In this document: piece after piece, positions 50,272 to 63,200 of the stretch
How positions within the stretch are numbered: the first letter of the stretch is position 1
Layout of the letters: every line of letters begins with the position of its first letter
Assembly (NCBI RefSeq): GCF_006345805.1
Contig: NC_043018.1
Span: 26,908,001 to 26,972,000 of the forward strand
Direction: 5' to 3'
Length of the DNA: 64,000 bases
Source of the DNA: Octopus sinensis
Taxonomy: Eukaryota
Notes under the pieces: model-generated
The model's input: the letters and a program-made list of their open reading frames with translations, nothing else
Told to the model about the DNA's origin: nothing
Databases searched by the model: none
Translations under genes and position numbers: made by a program

Positions 50272-50742
50272 ACATGCTGTAGGTTGGCTGCCGAGTTTCG
50301 GTGGGAATAGCAGGGCTCGTGGGGTCGGCAATCCTGGTGTTCCCGCTTCATGTGTTACCTTTATGTTGTGTTGTTGTTGTATATCATTTGATTTATCCGA
50401 TTTTTCGTAATTTAAAAAAAAAAAAAAAAAATGTTCATTTTTTCTGTAAATACCATCTGTGTCTCATGACCCCAAATCATGATGTATTGTCCCATTCTTC
50501 GTTGGCCCCTTGTGGGTAATAAAGAAATCATAGACACTCAACAACTGAATACTTATCATAAAAGTGCCTTACTGCTTTCTGCTGGATTTTACCTCGAGAA
50601 AGGAACCCTGAGGAAGGAGGGCTGAATTTCGAATACCTCGTACAACAAACGGCTGCAGGTTAGGAAAAAAAATTTAATCGCCTCTTTCAATTCAGGTTTT
50701 CATTTTTCATGTTTTTATTTGTATTTCATTGTTATGTTTATA

Positions 50743-51225
50743 TTGGGTTGTCCGGAAAGTTCGTTCCGATTTTTAAAGGAAAGTACATGGTCACTAAATA
50801 CTCTTCCCAGAATTGGGGTGGTTTCAAGGCAAATAATTCATCAAGGTATCTTTTTACGTCATCTAAGGAATTGAAATTTTCACCATTAAGACTATTCTGC
50901 AGAGACCTGAATAAGTGGAAATCCGAAGGAGTAATATCTGGTGAATATGGAGGGTGGGGTAAGTCACCCCAGCCAAGCTGCAGCAATTTTTGTCTGGTTC
51001 CCAAAGCATCAAATGCTGATAATGAATTTTTCTCATCTTTTAATTTAAAGGTTTACAGAATTAACACAGGTTATTGGAACATAAACCTTCTTCCACGAAA
51101 AGATAGATTAAACTGTGCTCCAAATGGAGGTGTAGTCAAATCCTATTTTATGGACTCAAACATGTTCTAAAATAAGTCGAAAGATAAGCTACGATAAATC
51201 TGCAAGAACTTTCCGGACAACCCAA
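50743..51225 (-). mobile_element. Internally deleted mariner element
   Basis: TIR ttgggttgtccggaaagttc / gaactttccggacaacccaa; TA TSD; HPPYSPDITPSDFHLFRSL remnant. Confidence 0.9.
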
Positions 51226-51625
51226 TATTTCTATATTTTTATCATGAAATTTTTAATATAAATATGTGGATATTCGTATGGAATAATACCTCATGTGCTA
51301 CATCTGAATTTTCTTGTCTGAATGTTTTAAGACAAATATCCGAAATTTTTATCGTATACCACATTTTATTAATACTTAGCTCATATACGGAGACAAAAAT
51401 GTTGTACTATATACTGCAGGTTATCTCCATTAAAATTATATTTAGCATTAGAATTCTTCAAGTAGTATAAAAATGGTTATTGTCTGCATCATTCGAAAGC
51501 GAAATAAATTTTGCATAAGGTGTAAAAGATAAAAAATAATTTGTATGGTGTTAGTAACAAAATATTTTGTAAGAAATAGGACTTTTATCGTCTGTCTTAA
51601 ATATATTTTCGCCAGTGTATATATC

Positions 51626-54165
51626 TCAGGTCATCCCATAAGTTCTGTCTGAATTTTGGATAAAGAATACAAGTGATCAAATGTTATATTTAATTGAAAG
51701 TTAATCATCAATGTACTTTCCCTAATTATCTATGACTTACCTCCATCTATTTACAAGCTTTTTAATCCCATCAACGTAAAACTCTTTTGGTTTGAAAGCG
51801 AAGAACTCTGAAATGTCAGGTTCGACCTCCCCCTGGCTTGCGAAAGTTGTATCCCCCTACTAATTCTGTAAACTATGAAACAAATGGTATCCTGAAGGAG
51901 TAAGGTCGAGAGAATAAGTTGGATGAAGAAATTTTTCCAAACCGACCCCTTCGATCTTCTGTGATGTGATCTTTGCAGTGTGGGGTTGCGCATTGTCCTG
52001 ATGAAACATCACTCGTTTTCGACTCACTAAAGCGGCTCTTTTTTCCTTCAAAGCTTGGTTCAAACGCTCTAATTGCTGACAGTAGACTTGAGCATTGATT
52101 GTTGCATTAGGTGGTAACAATATAAAGTGAATTACGCCTTTGCAATCGCACCAGATAGAGAGTAGAACCTTTTTCCCATGAAGTTCCCTTCTCGGTTGTG
52201 GTTGAGAATTTTCCCTTTTACCAAGCCACTGTTTACGACATCTAACATTTCGATAGAAAATCCATTTTTCATCACAAGTCTATCGAAAAAGGGTGAAATG
52301 AGTTTGCGAGAATGGAGAGAAGAGCAGATGCCAACTCGGGATTTGCGGTTGCTTTCGGACAATACATAAGGCACCTATTTTCCAAGTTTAGGAACCTTTC
52401 CACGTTGTTGAAGATGACGATGAACTGCTGTATGGTTTGAAGTAAGCTTTATTGTCAATTCTTCAACTGATAATGACGGATTTTCTTCAAGTAATGCCTC
52501 AAGGAGCTTGTCAAACTCAACTGGACATCCTGTTCGATATTCATCTTCAATTTTGCAGACGATCTCCTGCAAGTTCTTTCATTCGAGCACTTTGCTATAA
52601 ACTGAGTGTATGTTTCGAGTCACTTCGGCATCAGTTACCTTTATTGTACTCATAAAGAATTATATGTGCCTTAAATGCTCCTTGGATACTTCCATGTTGA
52701 AAGGGTTTTAATCAGAGCAATTTTAGGGTGTCCACGAAGTCTGGGTTTATGGAATAAAATCATAACATAAGAAATAATAATTTTCCTTTTTTACTTTTGT
52801 TTAAATTAAATAAAAAAAACTTTACTTTTCTAATTTATTTGTTATTTTTTCTACAGATGATCGAATGATGGCTCTGTCTAAAGAAGAAAGAATCCCAGAT
52901 CGAATGATGAATCTGTCTAAAGAAGAAAGAATCGAGTTAGTATTATTAAGTGGACGAGAGGGATGGTCTTATCGCAAAATTGCGGAAGAATTTAATCTTC
53001 CACACCTTGTAGGCAACCTATTTATTTTACTGCCGTCAGGAAATTGATCAAGAAATTTAAAGAAACAGGCAGTGTTTCGGATAAACCCCGTTCCGGGCGA
53101 CCAAAGACTTCAGATGAAACTAAAGAGGCTGTCGAGGCTAAAGTTTCTGCTAGCTAGCCCCCCAAAATCACTTCGTCGGACATCTACGGTGTTAGGTGTT
53201 CCAAAACCAACCATCCACAAAATGCTGGTTGAGGAAAAGTTTCATCGATACAACCTACAGATATTGCATCACTTAAATTAAGACGATCCTGATAGATGAA
53301 TAAATTGGATGAAAATATCAATTTTACGAAAAACTTTGTGTTGTTCAGTGACAAAGCTACGTTTTATGTAAATGGTAAGGTCAACAGACAGAATCTTCTA
53401 TACTGGTCTCGAGGTAATCCACATTGGATGGATCTATCCAAACAGCAAGACAGCAAAAAGTGATGGTGTGGTGTGGTTTTTGGAAAGCTCATGTTCTAGG
53501 ACCCTTCTTCATTGAACATGTAACGGATGAGACTTATGAAATATATTGAGAGACAAATTAATATCTTAAATTGAGCGCCTAGGCGAGGACCTTCCAAATT
53601 GGTTTCAGCAGGATGAGGCCCCTACCCATTTGCCACAACTGTTAGAGATTGATTTAATGACACTTTTCCTCCTCACAAGATTGGAAGAAGGGGTCATATG
53701 GAATGGTCCCCTCGTTCACCAGACCTTTCTCCCCTTGATTTCTTTTTCTGGGGTATGTTGAAAGAGAAAGTTTACTCAATAAAGATTACAGATTTAAAAC
53801 ACACGAGAGAACGCATTACCAGTCAGTGTGCTTAAATTGATGGCAATATAGACTTATTTAATCAAGTTCACCTGAATTTTGCAAGGCGCATCAAGTTATG
53901 CATTGAAAATGATAGAAATCACTTTGAAAATATTATTTATTATAATTAAATAAAATTGTTTTGTTTTAAAAGTATGTGTTAATTCCCATGTACGCAGACT
54001 TTGTGGACACCGTCTATTATTTTGTAAAACAATATTGAATTAGTTTAAACGTACACAAATGCATAAAAATAATTTTTAATTGAATTAGACATTTGCAAAT
54101 ACTATTAAATTTCATTCAACTCTAAAAAGCAGGTAAAATTGGACAGAACTGACTGGATGACTTGA
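51626..54165 (-). mobile_element. Decayed mariner element with nested DD41D element
   Basis: TIRs tcaggtcatcccataagttctgtc / gacagaactgactggatgacttga; FHQDNAQPHTA, HPTYSLDLTPSGYHLF; transposase relic ~51720-52695. Confidence 0.85.
52725..54013 (+). mobile_element. Tc1/mariner DD41D (rosa-type) element with pseudogenised transposase
   Basis: TIR agggtgtccacgaagtctg / cagactttgtggacaccgt; KFKETGSV, FSD, FQQDEAP...WSPRSPDLSPLDFFFWG with about 41 residues between the last two D after correcting one frameshift. Confidence 0.8.
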
Positions 54166-54858
54166 TATATATAATCTATGATATTCTAGTAAGTTTCAAG
54201 TTTATAACACCTTGATATCTCATTTTATATGCCTAAGACGTTTATTTTCTATTCTGGTTTTTATATATTTCTATACATTATATTTGTATCTATAATTTAT
54301 TTTAAGCCGAAACATAATACGATCCTTGTACGAACGAAAGAACAAGAATGTCCTCTGGAACGTTTATCTTCCACCGGCGTTTGTAATCGATGGTGACATG
54401 TGCGATGATTTTGCGACTATCTTATATTTTACAGAGAAACTGGAAGCCCCGAATGTAAGTCAGCGCTTTATGCATAATTCAATATTCATAGTTCTCTATT
54501 TCTAACAGAAATTCTGTCCTCAATAACTATAGATCTATTTCTAAATGTATTTCTTTTTCTTTTCCTTCATGCACTCCCGTCTGCCTCTTGACAAAGCTTT
54601 CTTTCTCCAGCGTTCACCACGTCATCTCGTTAGGGTTAACCAGCCCTTAGCGAAAATTTTGACTGTCCTGATTTTGTTAGCAGCTTTGACGTTCCACGTA
54701 TCTCAAATTTTATCTAATTTGGTTTGGGGGAGCAATTGCTTTGACGAAGACACTTTTTGTTGCAATGCGGAGCAAGTAAAATTGCCAACATCTGAGGAAG
54801 AGTTGTTTGTTATTTTTATATTCTGCCTTCACGCTATAGTTCTCTATGTAACTAAGAT

Positions 54859-55717
54859 AGCCAAGCCAAGCCAAGCCAAGCCAAGCCAGCCTAGCCAAGC
54901 CAAGCCAAGCCAAGCCAAGCCAAGCCAAGCCAAGCCAAGCCAAGCCAAGCCAAGCCAAGCCAAGCCAAGCCAGCAAGCCAAGCCAGCCAAGCCAAGCCAA
55001 GCCAAGCCAAGCCAAGCCAAGCAGCCAAGCCAAGCCAAGCCAAGCCAAGCCAAGCCAAGCCAAGCCAAGCCAGCCAAGCCAAGCCAAGCCAAGCCAAGCC
55101 AAGCCAAGCCAAGCCAAGCCAAGCCAAGCCAAGCCAGCCAAGCCAAGCCAGCCAAGCCAAGCCAAGCCAAGCCAAGCCAAGCCAAGCCAAGCCAAGCCAA
55201 GCAAGCCAAGCCAAGCCAAGCCAGCCAAGCCAAGCCAGCCAGCCAAGCCAAGCCAAGCCAGCCAAGCCAAGCCAAGCCAAGCCAAGCCAAGCCAAGCCAA
55301 GCCAAGCCAGCCAAGCCAAGCCACCAAGCCAAGCCAAGCCAAGCCAAGCCAAGCCAAGCCAAGCCAAGCCAAGCCAAGCCAAGCCAAGCCAAGCCAAGCC
55401 AAGCCAAAAGCCAAGCCAAGCCAAGCCAAGCCAAGCCAAGCCAAGCCAAGCCAAGCCAAGCCAAGCCAAGCCAAGCCAAGCCAAGCCAAGCCAAGCCAAG
55501 CCAACCAAGCCAAGCCAAGCCAAGCCAGCCAAGCCAACCAAGCCAAGCCAAGCCAAGCCAAGCCAAGCCAAGCCAAGCCAAGCCAAGCAAGCCAAGCCAA
55601 GCCAAGCCAAGCCAAGCCAAGCAAGCCAAGCCAAGCCAAGCCAAGCCAGCCAAGCCAAGCCAAGCCAAGCCACCAAGCCAAGCCAAGCCAAGCCAAGCCA
55701 AGCCAAGCCAAGCCAAA
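54859..55717. repeat. (AGCCA)n / (TTGGC)n pentanucleotide satellite
   Basis: Direct reading; source of AKPSQ/LAWLG ORFs. Confidence 0.97.
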
Positions 55718-55741
55718 GTACCGCCAAGCGCTCTGGCGCCA

Positions 55742-56750
55742 AGCGCTCACTGTTGACTCGTAAGCGGACAGTGAGCCAATGGCGCCCAGAGCGAGCTCTG
55801 GTCGCCATAGCGCTCACTGTTGACTCGTAGCCGCGACAGTGAGCCCAATGGCGCCCAGAGCGAGCTCTGGTCGCCATAGCGCTCACTGTTGACTCGTAGC
55901 CGCGGACATGAGCCCAATGGCGCCCAGAGCGAGCCTGGTCGCCAAGCGCTCACTGTTGACCGTAGCCGCGGACAGTGAGCCAATGGCGCCCAAGCCAGCT
56001 CTGGCCCATAGCGCTCACTGTTGACTCGTAGCCGCGGACAGTGAGCCCAATGGCGCCCAGAGCGAGCTCTGTCGCCATAGCGCTCACTGTTGACTCGTAG
56101 CCGCGGACAGTGAGCCCAATGGCGCCCAGAGCGAGCTCTGGTCGCCATAGCGCTCACTGTTGACTCGTAGCCGCGGACTGAGCCCAATGGCGCCCGAGCG
56201 AGCTCTGGTCGCCATGCGCTCACTGTTTACTCGTAGCCGCGGACAGTGAGCCCAATGGCGCCCAGAGCGAGCTCTGGTCGCCATAGCGCTCACTGTTTAC
56301 TCGTAGCCGCGGACAGTGAGCCCAATGGCGCCCATAGCGACTCTGGTCGCCATAGCGCTCACTGTTGACTCGTAGCCGCGGACAGTGAGCCCAATGGCGC
56401 CCAGAGCGAGCTCTGGTCGCCATAGCGCTCACTGTTGACTCGTAGCCGCGGACAGTGAGCCCAATGGCGCCCAGCGAGCTCTGTCGCCATAGCGCTCACT
56501 GTTGACATCGTAGCCGCGTACATTGAGCCCAATGGCGCCCATAGCGAGCTCTGGTCGCCATAAAGCTCACTGTTATCGTAGCCGCGGACAGTGAGCCCAA
56601 TGGCGCCCAGAGCGAGCTCTGGTCCGCCATAGCGCTCACTGTTGACTCGTAGCCGCGGACAGTGAGCCCAATGGCGCCCAGAGCGAGCTCTGGTCGCCAT
56701 AGCGCTCACTGTTGACTCGTAGCCGCGGACAGTGAGCCCAGGCGCCCAGA
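55742..56750. repeat. GC-rich 70-bp tandem repeat, about 14-15 copies, two hairpins per unit
   Basis: Unit cgctcactgttgactcgtagccgcggacagtgagcccaatggcgcccagagcgagctctggtcgccatag (56081-56150). Confidence 0.95.
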
Positions 56751-56759
56751 GTCCTGCTC

Positions 56760-56937
56760 CTGACACTATTGTCCGTGGACCCTAAGCAAGACGTGTGTAA
56801 AATTGAATGAAATTGGTTGTGTAGTTATAGGGATTCAAGTTATAGGGATCACACACACAGACAGATACACATTCTTAGTTTCTATATATCAGATATACTA
56901 GCATTATGACCCGGTCGTTGCCGGTCATAGTGCTAGT
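56760..56937 (-). mobile_element. Helitron-like 5' end (at 56893) next to a CTAG-bounded hairpin (56897-56937)
   Basis: Minus strand A|TCtgatatatagaaactaagaatgtgtatctgtctgtgtg resembles the 28410 Helitron start; hairpin actagcattatgacc..ggtcatagtgctagt. Confidence 0.5.
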
Positions 56938-57271
56938 CCATGTATATAGGAGTATAATATGTGTTCAAATTACATGTACACATATATATACATATATATA
57001 TTATATATATACATTTACACATAAAATACAAAACAATGTTATATCTTGATATCGCTAGTGATAACAATACTCAAAATATAAACAGACTGAATTGTAGCCC
57101 GTATTGCAATTTCGACCAATTGTATTTTGTCCTCCCTCTAGTGTAGAAGTGTGGCTACATCCATACCTCTACTTCTGCGGGATTCTTTCATAGTGCGCAA
57201 AGACACTTTTCGATGGTGCTTTCCTCCGGTGTTCAAATCTTCTTTTTTTCTCTATTGTATGCTTATAGACG

Positions 57272-60200
57272 ATTGTATATATGCAAATTGTATACAGGTA
57301 TGTAAATATATGCAAATTGTATACAGGTATGTAAATATATGCAAATTGTATATAGGTATGTAAATATATGCAAATTGTATACAGGTATGTAAATATATGC
57401 AAATTGTATACAGGTATGTAAGATATGCAAATTGTATACAGGTATGTAATATATGCAAATTGTATACAGGTATGTAAATATATGCAAATTGTATACATGT
57501 ATGTATATGCAAATTGCATATAGGTATGTAAATATATGCAAATTGTATATAGGTATGTAAATATATGCAAATTTGCATATAGGTATGTAAATATATGCAA
57601 ATTGCATATAGGTATGTAAATATATACAAATTGCATATATGTATGTAAATATATATAAACCGTATATATGCATTTAAATATATACAAATTATATATATGT
57701 ATATAAACGTATACAACTTATATATATGTATATAAACGTATACAACTTATATATATGTATATAAACGTATACAAATTATATATATGTATATAAACGTATA
57801 CAAATTATATATATGTATATGAACGTACACAAATTATATATATATGTATATAAACGTATACAAATTATATACATGTATATAAACGTATACAAATTATATA
57901 TTTGTATATAAATATATACAAAATATATATAATAATATATATAATTTGTATATATTTATATACATATATATAAATATATACAAATTATATATTTGTATAT
58001 AAATATATACAAATTATATATATGTATATGAATATATACAAATTATATATTTGTATATGAATATATACAAATTATATATATGTATATGAATATATAAAAA
58101 TTATATATATGTATATGAATATATACAAATTTTATTTATGTATATGAATATATATACAAATTATACATATGTATATGAAGATATACAAATTACATATATG
58201 TATATGAATATATACAAATTACATATATGTATATGAAGATATCCAATTTAAATATATGTATATGAAGATATACAACTTACATATATGTATATGAAGCTAT
58301 ACAAATTACATATATCTATATAAAGATATACAAATTATATATATGTATATGAAGGTATACAAATTACATATATGTATATGAAGATATCCAATTTAAATAT
58401 ATGTATATGAAGATATACAACTTACATATATGTATATGAAGCTATACAAATTACATAAATGTATATAAAGATATACAAATTAAATATATGTATACGAAGG
58501 TATACAAATTACATATATGTATATGAAGATATACAAATTACATATATGTATATGAAGATATACAAATTACATATATGTATATGAAGATATACAAATTACA
58601 TATATGCATATGAATATATACAATTACATATATGTATATGAATATATACAAATTATATATATGTATAAGAAGATATACAATTATATATATGTATATGAAA
58701 TATATAAATATATAAATGAAAGAATATACAAATTATATATATATATATGAAGATATACAAATTATATATATGTAATGAAGATATAGAATTATATATATGT
58801 ATATGAAGATATACAAATTATATATATGTATATGAAGATATACAAATTTAATATATTATATGAATATATACAAATAAAATATGTATATGAATATATACAA
58901 ATTATATTCATGCATATGAATATCTACAAATTATATACATGCATATGAATATCTACAAATTATATACATGCATATGAATATATACAAATTATATATATGC
59001 AGATGAATATATACAAATTATATATATGTATATGAATATATACAAATTACATATATGTATATGTAGATATCCAATTTAAACATATGTATACGAAGATATA
59101 CAAATTACGTATATGTATATGAAGCTATACAAATTACATATATGTATATAAAGATATACAAATTATATATATGTATATGAAGGTATACAAATTACATATA
59201 TGTATATGAAGATATACAAATTACATATAAGTATATGAAGATATACAAAAAACATATATGTATATGAATATATACAAATTACATATATGTATATGTATAT
59301 ATACAAATTACATATATGTATATGAATATATACAAAATATATATATGTATATGAAGATATACAAATTACATATATGTATATGAAGATATACAAATTACAT
59401 ATATGTATATGAAGATATACAACCTTACATATATGTATATGAAGATATACAAATTACATATATGTATATGAATATATACAAATTACTTATATGTATATAA
59501 AGATATACAAATTACATATATGTATATGAATATATACAAATTATATATATGTATATGAATATATACAAATTACATATAAGTATATGAAGATATACAAAAA
59601 ACATATATGTATATGAAGATATACAAATTATATATATGTATATGAAGATATGCAACTTACATATATGTATATGAAGATATACAAATTACATATATGTATA
59701 TGAATTTATACAAATTACATATATGTATATGAATATATACAAATTACATATATGTATATGAAGATATACAAATTACATATATGTATATGAAGATATACAA
59801 ATTACATATATGTATATGAAGATATACAATTTACATATATGTATATGAATATACACAAATTACATATATGTATATGAAGATATACAAATTATATATATGT
59901 ATATGAAGATATACAAATTATATATATGTATGTGAAGATATACAAATTAAATATATGTATATGAATATATACAAATTATATAGATGTATATGAATATATA
60001 CGAATTATATATATGTATATAAATATATACAAATTAAATATATGTATATGAATACATAGAAATTATATATATATATATATATGAATATATACAAATTATA
60101 TATATGTATATGAATATATACAAATTATATACATGCATATGAATATCTACAAATCATATATATGAATATCTACAAATTATATATATGAATATATACAAAT

Positions 60201-63200
60201 TATATATATATGTATATGAAGATATACAAATTATATATATATGTATATGAAGATATACAAATTACATATATGTATATGAAGATATCCAATTTAAACATAT
60301 GTATATGAAGATATACAAATTACATATATGTATATGAAGCTATACAAATTACATATATGTATATAAAGATGTACAAATTATATATATGTATATGAAGGTA
60401 TACAAATTACATATATGTATATGAATATATACAAAAAACATATATGTATATGAATATATACAAATTACATATATGTATATGAAGATGTCCAATTTAAACA
60501 TATGTATATGAAGATATACAAATTATATATATGTATATGAAGATATACAAATTACATATATGTATATGAAGATATACAAATTATATATGTATATGAATAT
60601 ATACAAATTATATATATGTATATGAATATATACAAATACATATATATGTATATGAATATATACAAATTACATATATGTATATGAATATATACAAATTACA
60701 TATATGTATATGAATATATACAAATTACTTATATGTATATAAAGATATACAAATTACATAGATTTATATGAATATATACAAATTATATATATGTATATGA
60801 ATATATACAAATTAGGTATATGTATATGAAGATATACAAATTATATATATGTATATGAAGATATACAAATTATATATATGTATATGAAGATATACAAATT
60901 ATATATATGTATATGAAGATATACAAATTATATATATGTATATGAAGATATACAAATTATATATATGTATATGAAGATATACAAATTATATATATGTATA
61001 TGAAGATATACAAATTATATATATGTAAATGAAGATATACAAATTATATATATGTATATGAAGATATACAAATTATATATATGTAAATGAAGATATACAA
61101 ATTATATATATGTAAATGAAGATATACAAATTACATATATGTATATGAATATATACAAATTACATATATGTATATGAATATATACAAATTATATATATGT
61201 ATATGAAGATATACAAATTATATATATGTATATGAAGATATACAAATTATATATATGTATATGAAGATATACAAATTATATATATGTAAATGAAGATATA
61301 CAAATTATATATATGTATATGAAGATATACAAATTAAATATATGTATATGAATATATACAAATTATATAGATGTATATGAATATATATAAATTAAATATA
61401 TGTATATGAATATATACAAATTATATATATATATATGAATATATACAAATTATATATATGTATATGAATATATACAAATTATATACATGCATATGAATAT
61501 ATACAAATTATATACATGTATATGTATATCTACAACTTATATATATGCATATGAATATATACAAATTATATATATGTATATGAAGATATACAAATTACAT
61601 ATATGTATATGAATATATACAAATTACATATATGTATACGAAGATATCCAATTTAAACATATGTATATGAAGATATACAAATTACATATATGTATATGAA
61701 GCTATACAAATTACATATATGTATATAAAGATATACAAATTATATATGTATATGAAGGTATACAATTACATATATGTATATGAATATATACAAAAAAACA
61801 TATATGTATATGAATATATACAAATTAAATATTATGTATATGAAGATATCCAATTTAAATATATGTATATGAAGATATACAAATACATATATGTATATGA
61901 AGATATACAAATTACATATATGTATATGAAGATATACACAAATATATATATGTATATGAATATATACAAATTACATATATGTATATGAATATATACAATT
62001 ACATATATGTATATGAATAATACAATTAACTTATATGTATATAAATTATACAATTATATGAATATATACAAATATATATATGTATATGAATATATACAAA
62101 TTAGATATATGTATATGAAGATATTCAAATTATATATATGTATATGAAGATATACAATTACATATATGTATATGAAGATATACAAATTACATTTATGTAT
62201 ATGAATATATACAAATTACATATTGTATATGAATATATACAAATTACATATATGTATATGAATATATACAAATACATATATGTAATGAATATATACAAAT
62301 ATTATATGTATATGAAGATATACAAATTATATATATGTATATGAAGATATACAAATTAATATATGTATATGAAGATATACAAATTATATATGTATATGAA
62401 GATATACAAATATATATATGTATATGAAGATATACAAAAATATATATGTATATGAAGATATACAAATTATATATATGTAAATGAAGATATACAAATATAT
62501 ATGTAAATGAAGATATACAAATTATATATATGTAAATGAAGATATACAAATAAATATTTGTATTGAAATATACAAATTATATAGATGTATATGAATATAT
62601 ACAAATAAATATATGTATATGAATATATACAAATTATATATATATATGAATATATACAAATTATATATATGTATATGAATATATACAAATATATACATGA
62701 ATATGAATATCTACAAATTATATACATGCATATGTATATCTAAACAACTATATATATGCATAGAATATATACAAATTATATATATGTATATGAAGATATA
62801 CAAATTACATATATGTATATGAATATATACAAATTACATATATGTATACGAAAGATATCCAATTTAAACATATGTATATGAAGATATACAAATTACATAT
62901 ATGTATATGAAGCTATACAAATTACATATATGTATATAAAGATATACAAATTATATATATGTATATGAAGGTATACAAATTACATATATGTATATGAAGA
63001 TATACAAATTACATATATGTATATGAAGATATACAAAAAACATATATGTATATGAATATATACAAATTACATATATGTATGTCTATATATACAAATTACA
63101 TATATGTATATGAATATATACAAATTATATATATGTATATGAAGATATACAAATTACATATATGTATATGAATATATACAAATTACATATATGTATATGA

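Larger units (their letters stand above)
45375..50529 (+). mobile_element. Tx1-clade non-LTR retrotransposon B, near full length, different subfamily from A
   Basis: Same architecture; ORF2 clearly homologous to A, ORF1 and UTRs much more divergent; ends ggccccttgtgggtaataaagaaat. Confidence 0.92.

Noticed and set aside
50530-50565. TSD for Tx1-B (gacact, atacttatcata) and possible U1-like target
   Set aside because: Matches are 6-13 bp in AT-rich DNA and not at both junctions; no snRNA body follows.
54545-55886. 403-aa AKPSQ-repeat protein with hydrophobic N-terminus; CC..VKLP recalls a Helitron motif
   Set aside because: The repeat part is (AGCCA)n with frame-agnostic indels; the motif match is too short to support.
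55742-56750. CRISPR-like array or known ribozyme
   Set aside because: No unique spacers, no cas genes, eukaryotic context; no hammerhead, HDV or twister core recognised on either strand.
57151-62727. Y/I/C-rich ORFs
   Set aside because: Translations of the 29-bp minisatellite.
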